Assembly: GCA_026396835.1 (NCBI GenBank) | Contig: JAPLWA010000005.1 | Span: forward strand, 7,435-71,434 | DNA: 64,000 nucleotides | Direction: 5' to 3' | Origin: Candidatus Falkowbacteria bacterium | GTDB taxonomy: Bacteria; Patescibacteriota; Patescibacteriia; Patescibacteriales; Patescibacteriaceae | Shown here: positions 50,910 to 62,191 of the stretch, piece by piece | Position numbering within the stretch: position 1 is the stretch's first letter | How the letters are laid out: each line of letters opens with the position of its first letter | The notes under the pieces: model-generated | The model's input: the letters and a program-made list of their open reading frames with translations, nothing else | The model's database searches: none | What the model was told of the DNA's origin: nothing | Made by a program: the position numbers and the translations under genes

Positions 50910-51131
50910 ATGGAAAATATTAAAATAGAACAAACTGGCATGCCGCAAGATCCCCTGGCTGTTATCCATATTATCAAAGTAGCGCTTGGCCCAATGGGGG
51001 GGAATGACTACGAGTTTAGTGAGCTGGACCGAATAGGCAGGGAATTTAGCCAAGGTAAAATAACCCGAGAAGACGCTATTACAGCGGCTTATGCTATAAA
51101 AAGCGCCAAAGACGCTTATGATTATCATTAA
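50910..51131 (+). CDS. small hypothetical protein
   Basis: MENIKIE.. with MGGNDYE motif; followed by a terminator. Confidence 0.6.
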   Translation: MENIKIEQTGMPQDPLAVIHIIKVALGPMGGNDYEFSELDRIGREFSQGKITREDAITAAYAIKSAKDAYDYH

Positions 51132-51258
51132 AGATAATCAATTAAAATGACTGTAAAATAGGCTAAATCTAGAAAGCCTATTTTTTATTTTATTAGAAAA
51201 TTAAAATTGTGATATAATAATATCCAATGCCTCGCTAGGGGTAATAAAATAAAATAAT

Positions 51259-51939
51259 ATGAAAAAAATATTGTTTGCTTTAATTGCGTTTTCTTTAGTT
51301 TTTGGCACAGTTGCCATGGCTAAAGAAGGCGAAAAGAAAGCCGATAAACCAGTAACTATGGTTGAGGTTAAGAAAGAACAAGAAAAAATCTCTTCGCCAG
51401 ACGATGTTGTTAACTTTACAAACATCGTAAAGAAGGGCAAGGAGTTATTTGGCATGAGAAAAATAATCTTAGAAAAGATTACTCACCCATCAGAAATTGA
51501 GCATTTTGAAAAAGTTAAGAAACTAGGTAATGCTTTATGGGGAATGCGAAAAGACGATAATCAAGCCTTAGTGCGACCAGAAGCCGCATCATGCGTTAAG
51601 ACCGCCTTTGACAAAAGAGACGCTACTCTAAAGAGCGGTATAACAACAGGTACAACAACTTTGTTGTCTACAATTGACACTCGCACTACTTGCCAAAAAG
51701 CAGCTCTAGATAAAACAACCGTTAAAGAGCAGAAAGAAGCTAATAAAGTTTGTGTTGAAACTTTTAAGAAAGCAATTGAAAGCGGAAAAGAAGCTACTAA
51801 AAAATACCGAGACAATGTCTGGCAGACATTTAACAGCGATCTTAAAGCCTGTAATCTATTGCAAGCCAGCAACGTACCAGCTAACACGACTTCAACAGAT
51901 ATTAAAATTGAAGATGGTGGACTTGGCATGGAATTCTAA
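51259..51939 (+). CDS. secreted protein with short internal duplication and Cys-containing helical domain
   Basis: Signal peptide; EKI..P.....F....K.G..L.GMRK twice. Confidence 0.75.
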   Translation: MKKILFALIAFSLVFGTVAMAKEGEKKADKPVTMVEVKKEQEKISSPDDVVNFTNIVKKGKELFGMRKIILEKITHPSEIEHFEKVKKLGNALWGMRKDDNQALVRPEAASCVKTAFDKRDATLKSGITTGTTTLLSTIDTRTTCQKAALDKTTVKEQKEANKVCVETFKKAIESGKEATKKYRDNVWQTFNSDLKACNLLQASNVPANTTSTDIKIEDGGLGMEF

Positions 51940-52011
51940 AAAATGTTAATAAGTTAAAACAAAAGACCTCCGAAAGGAGGTTTTTTGTTTTTTGTTAGCG
52001 TTTTTATCGGC

Positions 52012-52041
52012 TTGACCTAATACCCCCAGGGGGTATATACT
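52012..52041 (+). promoter_or_regulatory. CsoR operator within a sigma70 promoter
   Basis: TTGACC-[TAATACCCCCAGGGGGTA]-TATACT; palindrome TACCCCC-A-GGGGGTA typical of CsoR/RcnR G/C-tract operators. Confidence 0.85.
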
Positions 52042-52050
52042 GTTTGGTAT

Positions 52051-52314
52051 ATGACAAACAACAATCAAAAACTTATAAGACGTCTCAAAATTATTGAGGG
52101 TCAAGTTAGGGGCTTACAGGAAATGATAAATAGTAATGCCTACTGCATTGATATCATTACTCAAACCTCAGCTGTTAAACAAGCTCTATCCGGCGTTGAA
52201 GACGCCTTGATGGAAAATCATCTTGGTGGCTGCTTAGTCCATCAGATTAAAAAGGGCAAAGAAGCTAAGGCTAAAGAAGAAATCTTAAAAGTCTATCGAC
52301 TTAAAAGAAAATAA
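52051..52314 (+). CDS. csoR: CsoR family metal-sensing repressor
   Basis: [25 protein letters not shown] (C-H-C). Confidence 0.9.
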   Translation: MTNNNQKLIRRLKIIEGQVRGLQEMINSNAYCIDIITQTSAVKQALSGVEDALMENHLGGCLVHQIKKGKEAKAKEEILKVYRLKRK

Positions 52315-52316
52315 AT

Positions 52317-55300
52317 ATGAGCGAAGAAAAAAATATTATTAACAGCAGTAGTCATGCTAACCAAAAAATAAGCTTGTCGCTTTTTGGTATGCACTGTTCT
52401 TCTTGTGCCACCTTAATAGAGCGCTCCTTACAAAAAGCTCCTGGTGTTAAACAAGCGACGGTCAACTTTGCAGCTGAAAAGGCTAGTATTATCTTTGATG
52501 AAAATCAAACCAAAATACTAAACCTAATTGAAGCTGTAAACAAAGCTGGCTACAAAGCAGAGACAATTGACGCTAAAGATAGTGACTATGACAGAAAGAA
52601 GCGCGAGAAAGAAACTAGTTTATATTTTAAAAAATTTCTATTTAGCTTAGCTCTCAGCTTGCCCATGTTATATTTCATGTTGCTTGATTTCTTTGCTAGC
52701 CCGGGCAAAACAGCCATCCTACCTTTTATTGGTATTATTTCTCTAATTCTTACCATACCTATCCAGTTTATTATTGGAGCTGGATTTTATAAGGCCATGT
52801 GGTCATCACTTAAGATGAAAACCTTCAACATGGATAGTTTAATTGCAATTGGTACCTCAACTGCTTTTATATATAGCCTTGTTAATTTTGTAGATTACTT
52901 TTTAAAAACTGGGTCAATTGTTGGTCTTGGCGGTAAAATACCTGAACTATACTTTGAGACCGCTGCTTTTCTAATTACTTTTGTTATTCTCGGAAAGTGG
53001 TTAGAAATACGTACCAAGGGCAAAACGGGAGATGCTATCAAGAAACTAATGGGCTTACAAGCTAAAACTGCTCGTGTAATTCGTAATAACACAACATCTG
53101 ATATTCCAATAGAAAATGTGGTTCATGGAGACATTGTCCTAGTAAGACCAGGCGAAAAAATACCTGTTGATGGAAAAATAATTAAAGGCTCTTCGGCCAT
53201 AGATGAATCAATGATTACTGGAGAAAGTTTGCCGGTAGAAAAAAATGTGGGCGATAACGTTATTGGAAGCACGATTAACAAGGTTGGAAGTTTTGAATTT
53301 GAGGTTACAAAAATTGGTAGCGAAACAACTTTGGCACAAATCATACGTTTAATTGAAGATGCTCAAGGATCAAAAGCGCCGATTCAAGGCTTTGCCGACA
53401 GAGTGTCAGCTGTCTTTGTACCAACTGTTATTAGTTTAGCTATTATTACTTTTCTAGTTTGGTTTTTCTTTTTAGGCGCAACTCTATCATTTGCCTTAAT
53501 GGCCTTCACAGCCGTGATCGTAATCGCCTGCCCTTGCGCACTAGGACTTGCTACACCAACCTCATTAATGGTTGGAACTGGTAAGGGTGCTGAATATGGA
53601 GTACTAGTAAAAGGCGGTGAACCTTTAGAAGCGGCTTGCAATATTACAGCAATAATTTTTGATAAAACCAGAACTCTAACTAAAGGTAAACCAGAAGTAA
53701 CAGATATTATCGCTTTAGGAAAAATTGATGAAAATAAAATTTTAGCAATTTCAGCAAGTCTAGAAAAGTTATCTGAGCATCCATTAGCCGAGGCAATTTA
53801 CTCTTACGCTGATAAAAAATTAATTAGTCTTGAGGAAATTAATAACTTTACAGCTCTTCCTGGACACGGCGTTAAAGGAATAATTGATAGCACAGAATAT
53901 TATTTTGGAAATCGCCGTTTGATTAGCGAAACTCTTAATCATTCAATTGACAATATTAATGAGCAACTAATTAAATTAGAGGCACAGGGCAAGACTGCGA
54001 TGCTGCTAGCTAACCAAGAAGAAGTGGTAGGTATCATTGCTGTGGCAGACACCATTAAAACAACTTCCAAGGAAGCCATTACTAAATTAAAAAAACTAGG
54101 CATTGCCGTTTATATGATAACCGGGGATAACGAACGTACTGCCAAAGCGATTGCTGCACAAGTTGGCATAGACAATGTTTTAGCCGAAGTTCTACCTAAA
54201 GATAAGGCCAATGAAGTAAAGAAACTTCAAGCAGCAAACTATAAAGTGGCTATGGTAGGAGATGGAATTAATGATGCCCCGGCCCTAGCACAAGCCGACT
54301 TGGGGATTGCTATGGGTTCAGGCACAGATGTTGCTATGGAAGCTGGCGGAATTGTAATTATGAAAGATGATCTAAATGACGTAGTAACCGCTTTTCAGCT
54401 ATCACGAGAAACGATGAGTAAAATAAAACAAAACATGTTTTTTGCTTTGTTCTATAACATCATCGGTATACCGATTGCGGCCCGTATTTTTATTGGCTTC
54501 GGCTTGGTCTTAAAGCCAGAATTAGCCGGCCTAGCCATGGCCATGAGCTCTATTTCAGTAGTTGGCAATTCATTGTTATTACGTTACTTTAAACCAAATA
54601 AAAAAAACTATCTTTCAATAATGGCACCAATAATCATGGTTTTGGTTTTTACTTTTGGCTTTTTTCAATTTGCTAAGCTAAGTTCTGGCATGGAAGACAA
54701 AAACATGGCAAAACTTGTATCAATTGAAGCGGCTACTAATTTGAATTCTTTTCTAGCTAGCAATGAAAGTAAAATTAATTTTGCCAAAGAAAGTCCTAAA
54801 TTATTTTTAGGCACTGACAGTTTACCGAACATATTGAAAATAAAAACCGGCACATTAACTTTAGGCAATGACGAAATGATAATTGGTTACAATGAGGGCA
54901 TGATGATGATAAAAGAAAAACTAATTAACAAACCGGGGGATAATTTAACTGATTTCTTTGGTTTAGCTAATGTAAAAATAGTTGGAATACTTACACAAAC
55001 TGGAACCCTGATTGATGATTATCATTTTATTAATAATAAAACTTTAGCCAAAATGACAAACGTCGCTAACATACAAATTATAGCCGACAAAGAAAACGTT
55101 GATATATTTTATAAAGGTGATAAAAATAGTCTGCCAGATAAACTAAAAAATAGTATTAATAGTTTTGAAAAAATAAAAATTAATAACAAAGAATATTGGC
55201 AAGTTTATATCGGCTACAGCGACGCACAAATGATGATAAACGAAAAAGAGTTTAGTAAACCCGGTGATATTATTGAAGATTTTTCTGGTAACAATGTTGT

Positions 55301-55379
55301 AATTGGAGGTGTCTTACCAAAGACAAATACAATTCTTGATCAAATGCATTTTGTTAATAAAAATTTTATTATTAAATAA
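52317..55379 (+). CDS. copA: copper-translocating P1B-type ATPase with extra C-terminal domain
   Basis: [34 protein letters not shown] and MAMSS; phosphorylation motif reads DKTRT. Confidence 0.9.
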   Translation: MSEEKNIINSSSHANQKISLSLFGMHCSSCATLIERSLQKAPGVKQATVNFAAEKASIIFDENQTKILNLIEAVNKAGYKAETIDAKDSDYDRKKREKETSLYFKKFLFSLALSLPMLYFMLLDFFASPGKTAILPFIGIISLILTIPIQFIIGAGFYKAMWSSLKMKTFNMDSLIAIGTSTAFIYSLVNFVDYFLKTGSIVGLGGKIPELYFETAAFLITFVILGKWLEIRTKGKTGDAIKKLMGLQAKTARVIRNNTTSDIPIENVVHGDIVLVRPGEKIPVDGKIIKGSSAIDESMITGESLPVEKNVGDNVIGSTINKVGSFEFEVTKIGSETTLAQIIRLIEDAQGSKAPIQGFADRVSAVFVPTVISLAIITFLVWFFFLGATLSFALMAFTAVIVIACPCALGLATPTSLMVGTGKGAEYGVLVKGGEPLEAACNITAIIFDKTRTLTKGKPEVTDIIALGKIDENKILAISASLEKLSEHPLAEAIYSYADKKLISLEEINNFTALPGHGVKGIIDSTEYYFGNRRLISETLNHSIDNINEQLIKLEAQGKTAMLLANQEEVVGIIAVADTIKTTSKEAITKLKKLGIAVYMITGDNERTAKAIAAQVGIDNVLAEVLPKDKANEVKKLQAANYKVAMVGDGINDAPALAQADLGIAMGSGTDVAMEAGGIVIMKDDLNDVVTAFQLSRETMSKIKQNMFFALFYNIIGIPIAARIFIGFGLVLKPELAGLAMAMSSISVVGNSLLLRYFKPNKKNYLSIMAPIIMVLVFTFGFFQFAKLSSGMEDKNMAKLVSIEAATNLNSFLASNESKINFAKESPKLFLGTDSLPNILKIKTGTLTLGNDEMIIGYNEGMMMIKEKLINKPGDNLTDFFGLANVKIVGILTQTGTLIDDYHFINNKTLAKMTNVANIQIIADKENVDIFYKGDKNSLPDKLKNSINSFEKIKINNKEYWQVYIGYSDAQMMINEKEFSKPGDIIEDFSGNNVVIGGVLPKTNTILDQMHFVNKNFIIK

Positions 55380-55382
55380 CAT

Positions 55383-56411
55383 ATGGAAAAAAATTATACT
55401 TTTTATGTTAAAGGTATGCACTGCCCATCATGTGTAATTTTAACCGAAACAGAAAGCAAGGAAGTGGCGGGCGTTATAGACGCTAAAGCTAGCCTTGATA
55501 AAAACACATTAGAAATAAGCGGCGATTTTAGCAATGAAACAATTGCAGAAACTAAAAAACGTCTTAATGAATCATTAACTAAACATGGCTATAGCTTAAG
55601 TGATTCACCTGAAGAACAAAACTCCGACAAGTGGGCTGGTTTTAACATTGCTATTCCAACGACAATTTTAATCATTGCTTTATTTATCGCTTTACAAAAA
55701 CTGGGTTTAGCTAATTTAATTCAAGCCTCAAGTGTTAGCTATAGCACGGCTTTTGTGATTGGTATCGTTGCCTCTCTATCAACCTGTATGGCAGTAGTTG
55801 GTGGTTTAGCTCTTTCTCTATCAGCCAGCTTCGCTAAGCAGGGCAATTCAGCCAAGCCGCATATTATGTTTCATGCTGGTCGTTTGATTGGCTTCTTCTT
55901 ACTTGGTGGTTTAATTGGGGTTTTAGGTGGATCATTTCAACTCGGCGCCTTTGGCACTTCAACACTAAATATAATCATTGCACTAGTCATGCTCGGCCTA
56001 GGTATTAATTTATTAAATATTTTTTCCTGGAGTCATCGCTTACAGATTACCATGCCAAAAGGTTTATCTAAAAATCTACTACAACTAAAAAGCCTTAACA
56101 CAGTTATTACCCCCTTTATCATTGGTGCTGTCACTTTCTTCTTGCCTTGTGGCTTTACTCAATCAATGCAGCTTTACGCTTTATCAACCCACAGCTTTAT
56201 AAACGGCGCCATGATAATGCTAGTCTTTGCTTTAGGCACCCTACCAATCTTAAGCTTAATCAGCTTTGGCTCTAGAATTGCCGAGAAATTAAAAGCCAAT
56301 ACAAGCACACTCTTCAAAACTATGGGCTTAATTATTATCTGCTTTGCCTTATTTAACATAATAAACAGCCTGGCGGCCCTAGGAATTATTCCGCCAATTT
56401 TTAACTTCTAA
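55383..56411 (+). CDS. HMA domain + DsbD_2/TauE-like membrane protein
   Basis: GMHCPSC; STCMAVVGG; FFLPCGFTQ. Confidence 0.88.
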   Translation: MEKNYTFYVKGMHCPSCVILTETESKEVAGVIDAKASLDKNTLEISGDFSNETIAETKKRLNESLTKHGYSLSDSPEEQNSDKWAGFNIAIPTTILIIALFIALQKLGLANLIQASSVSYSTAFVIGIVASLSTCMAVVGGLALSLSASFAKQGNSAKPHIMFHAGRLIGFFLLGGLIGVLGGSFQLGAFGTSTLNIIIALVMLGLGINLLNIFSWSHRLQITMPKGLSKNLLQLKSLNTVITPFIIGAVTFFLPCGFTQSMQLYALSTHSFINGAMIMLVFALGTLPILSLISFGSRIAEKLKANTSTLFKTMGLIIICFALFNIINSLAALGIIPPIFNF

Positions 56412-56415
56412 AAAT

Positions 56416-56832
56416 ATGAGCAAAAAGATACTTCTCGTTGTCGGGGGAATCATAATAATCGTTATATTTATTATCGCCTCCTATAATCAAGCGCCAAAAA
56501 CCGTTAAATACAGCAACAACACCGAGACCATGGTCACAAGCTCAAACGTCAGCACTGAAAATGGCAAACAAGTCATTACAATTGACGTAAAGGGTGGTTA
56601 TAGTCCTAAGGTGACCAACGCCAAGGCCAATGTGGCAACAATTATCAGAGCTAAAACGAACAGTACTTTTGATTGTTCGTCTGCCTTGCGGATTCCGGCC
56701 ATTAATTACTCCAAAAACTTGCCACCGAGCGACACAACTGACATTGAAATCCCAAATCAAGCCGCAGGCAGCTCGCTTAAAGGGCTCTGCAGTATGGGAA
56801 TGTATAGTTTTACTATCAATTTTAGCAGCTAA
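56416..56832 (+). CDS. cupredoxin domain protein
   Basis: GGYSP, FDCS, CSMGMY. Confidence 0.85.
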   Translation: MSKKILLVVGGIIIIVIFIIASYNQAPKTVKYSNNTETMVTSSNVSTENGKQVITIDVKGGYSPKVTNAKANVATIIRAKTNSTFDCSSALRIPAINYSKNLPPSDTTDIEIPNQAAGSSLKGLCSMGMYSFTINFSS

Positions 56833-56993
56833 AACACAGCAGCGAAAACGCCCCTTTAATTAGGGGTGTTTTTTGTCCAAAATGTTTTTAGAAAGGTCAA
56901 AATATAGCTTGAATTTACTTAAGAAAAAAATCAACAATACTGTCATTGAAAAAACCTAAGAAAAATAAGGGAAAAAATCGGTCATTTTTCAAA

Positions 56994-57041
56994 ACACCAT
57001 ATATTGGGCAGAGAAAAAGCTGCTGCCACTAGATATAGCGG
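56994..57041. promoter_or_regulatory. tandem NrdR boxes
   Basis: ACACCATATATTGGGC (56994) and CCACTAGATATAGCGG (57026), 32 bp apart, matching acaCwAtATaTwGtg, upstream of the RNR gene. Confidence 0.8.
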
Positions 57042-57152
57042 TCATAGCTATGAATAAAAATTAAACAATGGTCAAGCAAGCTGACTTATCCACTTCTAGT
57101 TTCACAAAATCAATGCTATATTTATGAGGCTATAAATAATAATTTTACCCCT

Positions 57153-59405
57153 ATGCTTCACCCCTTCACCCAGGTCCAAAAAAGAGACGGCACACTTGTC
57201 GAATTTGATCCCAATAGAATTGAAAGTGCAGTTTTAAAAGGTTTAGAAGAAGCCTCTGAAGGTGGTAAAGATGAAGCGCGTACAATTGCGCGCGCGGTTG
57301 CAAAAAATTTAAAGACTTTAGCAAGAAAAAATAAATTTCATAACAACATTCCTGCGGTTGAGCAAATTCAGGACATTGTTGAAATAGAATTAATGCGCGA
57401 AGGTTTTACTAAGACCGCCAAAGCTTACATTTTATATCGCAATGAACGAGCTAAGATACGACGCACTGCTCGACCAGTACCTGAGGCCGTTAAAGCGGTT
57501 ATAAATGACAGTAGTAAGTATTTTAGAAGTTCATATTCTGAATTTATTTTCTATCAAATGTATAGTCGCTGGGTTCCGGAACTAGAACGCCGCGAAACTT
57601 GGACTGAGACTGTTAGACGCTACATTGATTTCATGCGCGAGAAGCTTGGTAAAAAAATTACTGACGAAGAATACAATGATTTAGAACAAGCTATTTTAAA
57701 TCAAGATGTTTGTCCTTCAATGAGATTGCTATGGTCTGCAGGACTAGCTGCAAAAAATTCAAATGTTTGGGCTTACAACTGTTCTTACATCGCGCCGTCT
57801 TGTTTTCAAGACTTAGGTGAAATAATGTACATCTTAATGTGCGGCGCCGGTCTTGGTTTTTCAGTTGAGTCAGAAGCGGTTCAAGAATTTCCACAAATCA
57901 AAAGACAGAGCAAAGAAAAATTAGAAACTCATGTTGTTGAAGATTCAAAAGAAGGTTGGGCTGATGCTTTTGTTTTAGGTATGAAATCTTGGGCCGATGG
58001 AAAAGATATTGAATTTGATTATTCTCGCATTCGTCCAGCTGGTGCACGTTTGAAAACAGCTGGTGGTCGCGCTAGCGGTCCTCAGCCTTTAATTGATTTA
58101 ATGCGCTTTGCTCGCGCTAAAGTTTTAGCTCGTCAGGGCCGTCGTTTAACCAACATTGACCTACATGACATTATCTGCCAAATCGGCTTAATTGTCGTAG
58201 CTGGTGGCGTTAGGCGCAGTGCTCTAATCTCCTTGTCTGATCTAGATGATACAGAGATGCGCGACGCTAAAAAAGGCCAATTCTACTTAACTGAAGGTCA
58301 GCGCGTTATGGCTAATAATTCAGTAGTTTATAACGAAAAACCATCAGCCGAAGAGTTTTTGGATGAATGGACAGCTTTAGTAAAATCAAAGTCTGGTGAA
58401 CGCGGCATCTTCAACCGCGGCGGTTTAGAAAAGCAATTACCAGCTCGTCGTTGGGAAAAACTAAAGGACCAAAAGTTAATTGGTCTAAATCCATGTGGCG
58501 AAATTTATTTGCGTTCTAAACAATTTTGTAATTTAACCAGTATTGTTATTCGCCCTGATGACACTAAAGAAACTTTGAAGAAAAAAATGGCTCAAGCCAC
58601 AATCTTAGGAACTTATCAATCAACCTTAACTGACTTTGGTTATCTTTCAAGTGGCTGGAAGAAAAACTGTGATGAAGAAAGATTACTCGGCGTTTCTCTA
58701 ACTGGTTACTATGACAATGAAGTAATTAGAAATGATGATGTACTTGATATGTTGCGCGAAGAAGGTATTAGAGTTAATAAAGAATATGCCAAGCGCTTAG
58801 ACATCAATCAATCAACTGCTATTACTTGCGTTAAGCCACACGGTAACTCAGGACAATTACTTGGCGTTGGTTCTGGTATGCATCCTTGGTTCTCACCATA
58901 CTTTATTCGTCGTGTTCGTATTTCTCACACTGATCCATTATTGCAATTTGCTCGTGAACAAGGTGTGCCATGTTTACCTGAAGTTGGACAAGCCGTTGAA
59001 TCAGCTACCACTTTTGTTTTGGAATTCCCAGTCAAGGCTCCAGAGAAAGCAATCTTTAAAGAAAATGTTTCTGCTATTGAATTATTAATTGAGTGGCAAA
59101 GACTAAAACAACACTTTGTTGAACACAATCCATCAGCTACTATTTATGTTGGACCAAACGAATGGTTAGAAGTTGCTAACTTTGTCTATCAAAATTGGGA
59201 TTGGGTTGGTGGTCTATCGTTCTTACCTCGTAGCGATCATGTCTACCAATTAGCGCCCTATGAAGCAATTGATCAAACCGAATATGAACGTCGCAAAGCA
59301 CAACTAAGCAAACTAGACTTCTCTAATCTTATTCAGTACGAAGCTGGAGACACCACTACTGGCAGCAAAGAATTTGCTTGCGTATCTGGAGCTTGTGAAA
59401 TTTAA
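57153..59405 (+). CDS. nrdJ: class II (adenosylcobalamin-dependent) ribonucleotide reductase with ATP cone
   Basis: VQKRDG ATP cone, PSMR, YNCSY, GGVRRSA, NPCGEI, TCVKPHG, C-terminal CVSGACEI; pduO adjacent. Confidence 0.92.
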   Translation: MLHPFTQVQKRDGTLVEFDPNRIESAVLKGLEEASEGGKDEARTIARAVAKNLKTLARKNKFHNNIPAVEQIQDIVEIELMREGFTKTAKAYILYRNERAKIRRTARPVPEAVKAVINDSSKYFRSSYSEFIFYQMYSRWVPELERRETWTETVRRYIDFMREKLGKKITDEEYNDLEQAILNQDVCPSMRLLWSAGLAAKNSNVWAYNCSYIAPSCFQDLGEIMYILMCGAGLGFSVESEAVQEFPQIKRQSKEKLETHVVEDSKEGWADAFVLGMKSWADGKDIEFDYSRIRPAGARLKTAGGRASGPQPLIDLMRFARAKVLARQGRRLTNIDLHDIICQIGLIVVAGGVRRSALISLSDLDDTEMRDAKKGQFYLTEGQRVMANNSVVYNEKPSAEEFLDEWTALVKSKSGERGIFNRGGLEKQLPARRWEKLKDQKLIGLNPCGEIYLRSKQFCNLTSIVIRPDDTKETLKKKMAQATILGTYQSTLTDFGYLSSGWKKNCDEERLLGVSLTGYYDNEVIRNDDVLDMLREEGIRVNKEYAKRLDINQSTAITCVKPHGNSGQLLGVGSGMHPWFSPYFIRRVRISHTDPLLQFAREQGVPCLPEVGQAVESATTFVLEFPVKAPEKAIFKENVSAIELLIEWQRLKQHFVEHNPSATIYVGPNEWLEVANFVYQNWDWVGGLSFLPRSDHVYQLAPYEAIDQTEYERRKAQLSKLDFSNLIQYEAGDTTTGSKEFACVSGACEI

Positions 59406-59412
59406 TTGTAAT

Positions 59413-59961
59413 ATGTTATACACTGGCAAAGGAGATAATGGCACAACCAAAACTCTAAAAACGCCAGAGCGAGTTTTAAAGAGTCATCCTACAATCAAAG
59501 CCCTTGGCGCCGTTGACGAACTCAACGCTTGGTTAGGTTTTTGCCGTGCTAAACTTAACACGCAAACATTACCAACATCTATTTGGCCAACAGTGGCCGA
59601 AGCCTTATTAGTTGTTCAAGAAAATCTATTCATTATTCAAGGCGAACTAGCTGGCGCTGATTTGTTTATCGAAGAAAAGAAAGTTAAAGACTTAGAGCTA
59701 GTAATAAATGAGATAGAAAATATATTGCCGCCAATCAACAGCTTTTTAATTCCAGGACAAAGTGAAAGTAGTGCAATTTGTGATGTTGGCAGAACGATTG
59801 CCCGTCGAGCTGAGGGAATGATTATCGACGCCGCACCAGACACAAGCATCAATGAATTTTCTCTAGCTTACATGAACCGCTTATCAAGCTTATTATATGC
59901 TCTAGCTCGTTATATGAACGAACAGCAAGACATCGCGGAGCAGGCCCCTACTTATAAATAA
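59413..59961 (+). CDS. pduO: PduO-type cob(I)alamin adenosyltransferase
   Basis: LYTGKGDNGTT, GAVDELNA, RTIARRAE, YMNRLSSLLYALAR. Confidence 0.92.
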   Translation: MLYTGKGDNGTTKTLKTPERVLKSHPTIKALGAVDELNAWLGFCRAKLNTQTLPTSIWPTVAEALLVVQENLFIIQGELAGADLFIEEKKVKDLELVINEIENILPPINSFLIPGQSESSAICDVGRTIARRAEGMIIDAAPDTSINEFSLAYMNRLSSLLYALARYMNEQQDIAEQAPTYK

Positions 59962-59966
59962 TATTT

Positions 59967-61088
59967 ATGAAATCAAATTTAGTCCGTTCTATTATTCACG
60001 GCTCTTATCTTTTAATCGCTAAGCCAATTTTATTTCAAATTGACCCTGAAACAGTTCACAATCAAGCCTTAATCATAGGACATTGGTTTGGCGCTAAAAA
60101 TTATCGCCGTAATTTTGTTAAAAACTTATTTAGTTTTGAATCGGTTAGCTTAAAACAAACTATCGCTGGTCTAAATTTTGTAAATCCTGTTGGCTTAGCG
60201 GCTGGCTTTGATAAGAACGGAGTTTTAACAGAAGTTATGGAAGGGCTTGGTTTTGGTTTTACTGAAATTGGTTCAATCACAGGCCGTGCTTGCGCTGGTA
60301 ATGCTAAACCAAGATTGTGGCGTTTTAAAAAATCAAAATCAATTGCCGTTTATTATGGCCTAGCTAACGAAGGAGCAGACAAGGTTGTTGCCCGCGTTAG
60401 TAAGAACAAAATAAATATTCCTTTAGGCATAAACATTGCTAAAACCAATGATCATTTAACCGACGATGTAGATGAAGCTACTAAAGATTATTTAGTTGGT
60501 TGGCACGAAGCAAGCAAAGCCGCTTCTTATATAACCGTCAATATTTCTTGTCCTAATACTTCTGGCGGTCAGCCTTTTATTGATCCGCTTTTATTAGAAA
60601 GATTATTATCAGCCATTGGCAGAGAGAATTCTCAAATGCCGGTCTTTATTAAAATGTCACCAGACTTAGACGAAACTCAGGTTGATAATTTATTAGAAGT
60701 TATTGCTCGCCATAGAATTACTGGTTTAATTTGCTCTAATTTAACTCATGAAAAAACTCATTTAACTAAAGAAGAACAGTTGATGGAAACGAAGGGCGGT
60801 GTTAGTGGCAAAGGCTTAGAAGAAGAAGCCAACAAACTATTAGCCATGATTTATAAAAAAACCAAGGGTCGTTATACCTTGGTTGGTTGTGGCGGAATCT
60901 CTTCGTCCGCTGATGCTTATAAAAAGATCAAATTGGGTGCCTCATTATTGCAGCTTATTACAGGTATGATTTACGAAGGCCCACAATTAATTGGCGAAAT
61001 AAACTACGGTTTAAACAAACTCTTAAAAGCTGATGGCTATAAAAATATTGCCGAGGCTGTTGGCGCAGATATTAAAAGAGGACTCTAG
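59967..61088 (+). CDS. pyrD: dihydroorotate dehydrogenase, class 2 (quinone)-like
   Basis: DPETVH, NPVGLAAGFDKNG, GNAKPRL, VNISCPNT, GGVSG. Confidence 0.9.
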   Translation: MKSNLVRSIIHGSYLLIAKPILFQIDPETVHNQALIIGHWFGAKNYRRNFVKNLFSFESVSLKQTIAGLNFVNPVGLAAGFDKNGVLTEVMEGLGFGFTEIGSITGRACAGNAKPRLWRFKKSKSIAVYYGLANEGADKVVARVSKNKINIPLGINIAKTNDHLTDDVDEATKDYLVGWHEASKAASYITVNISCPNTSGGQPFIDPLLLERLLSAIGRENSQMPVFIKMSPDLDETQVDNLLEVIARHRITGLICSNLTHEKTHLTKEEQLMETKGGVSGKGLEEEANKLLAMIYKKTKGRYTLVGCGGISSSADAYKKIKLGASLLQLITGMIYEGPQLIGEINYGLNKLLKADGYKNIAEAVGADIKRGL

Positions 61089-61127
61089 AAAAAATATTCT
61101 AAAGTCCTCGACAATCTCACTTATTTA

Positions 61128-61529
61128 TCAGCTTGCCATTTTTTTATAGGCAAGATACTTGTTATAATTCATATCTTCGTAGACAGGCTCATCATCATCC
61201 AGATTGAACATATCTAAGATATAGCATTCACCGCTGTCGTTACAATAGTCAAAATCAATATACTTCGACCAATCAACGCGTTTATCACGCAGAGTTGAAT
61301 TGGTTTTTGCCGGCTTGTTAGGATTAAGGTCCTTACCAGTGATTGACCTGACATACCTGCCATGACGCTTTTCGAGCTGTTTGGTGCTGAAATGATCCAG
61401 CCTTTGGTCTTGATTGTGTTTTATATTTATAGTGCGTGGATCAACTTCGTCGATTCCCGCCATTATAAAATAATGAAAATAATCAGTGAACTTACTTCTA
61501 CCTCTGAGGCTTGTGATTTTTTTTTCCAA
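61128..61529 (-). CDS. hypothetical protein
   Basis: TTG start after AAGGAG SD. Confidence 0.65.
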   Translation of the reverse strand: MEKKITSLRGRSKFTDYFHYFIMAGIDEVDPRTINIKHNQDQRLDHFSTKQLEKRHGRYVRSITGKDLNPNKPAKTNSTLRDKRVDWSKYIDFDYCNDSGECYILDMFNLDDDEPVYEDMNYNKYLAYKKMAS

Positions 61530-61564
61530 GTTAACAACTCCTTATAATTTTAGGTTAATAAAAT

Positions 61565-61921
61565 TTATTTTACTACTTTTGGAAAATATTTTTTCAATAA
61601 CTCAACGTCTTTAAATTCGATGTCCTTTGCAACGGCATCATCTAAAGCGTTTACTTCCATTTTCTGCATATCTAAATCTACAGCGAATCCTATAATAAAG
61701 AAAAGGCCAAAACCTACTAATATAGCGGACCATGCAAAAGGCACTATTGCTCCACTCATGTTCTTGCCAGCAGCAGCGCATAATATCAAGCCCAATCCAG
61801 CTATAACAGCTATAACCAAGCAGAGCGGTCTAAAAAATCTGACAGCCTGAACATGTGGTTCATAATTGCTGCAGATTAAACCTCGGAGAGCGAGGTATTC
61901 AGATTTTATTTTTTCTTCCAC
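61565..61921 (-). CDS. hypothetical two-TM protein
   Basis: GTG start after AAAGGA. Confidence 0.65.
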   Translation of the reverse strand: MEEKIKSEYLALRGLICSNYEPHVQAVRFFRPLCLVIAVIAGLGLILCAAAGKNMSGAIVPFAWSAILVGFGLFFIIGFAVDLDMQKMEVNALDDAVAKDIEFKDVELLKKYFPKVVK

Positions 61922-61954
61922 CTTTTATTCCTTTCTGAATTTATAATGTTTATA

Positions 61955-62191
61955 TTAATTAATTTTTAGGTTTTCTGACTTTTTAAGAAGGGACAACAGA
62001 ATAATAACCACAATAAATACAATTACTGCGATATTTATATTGAAGGTCCAAAGCAATAAATCAGATTGAACATTAAAACCTTTTAATGTATTGCCGGTGA
62101 TTTCTAAACTTCCATTTATAAATCCCATAATACTTGTTGCGACTAGTGAGATAATAGCTGCAACAAAAATATTTTTAGCTATTCTTTTCAT
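61955..62191 (-). CDS. small two-TM protein
   Basis: ATG 62191 (MKRIAKN..) lies downstream of the conserved leader hairpin. Confidence 0.65.
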   Translation of the reverse strand: MKRIAKNIFVAAIISLVATSIMGFINGSLEITGNTLKGFNVQSDLLLWTFNINIAVIVFIVVIILLSLLKKSENLKIN

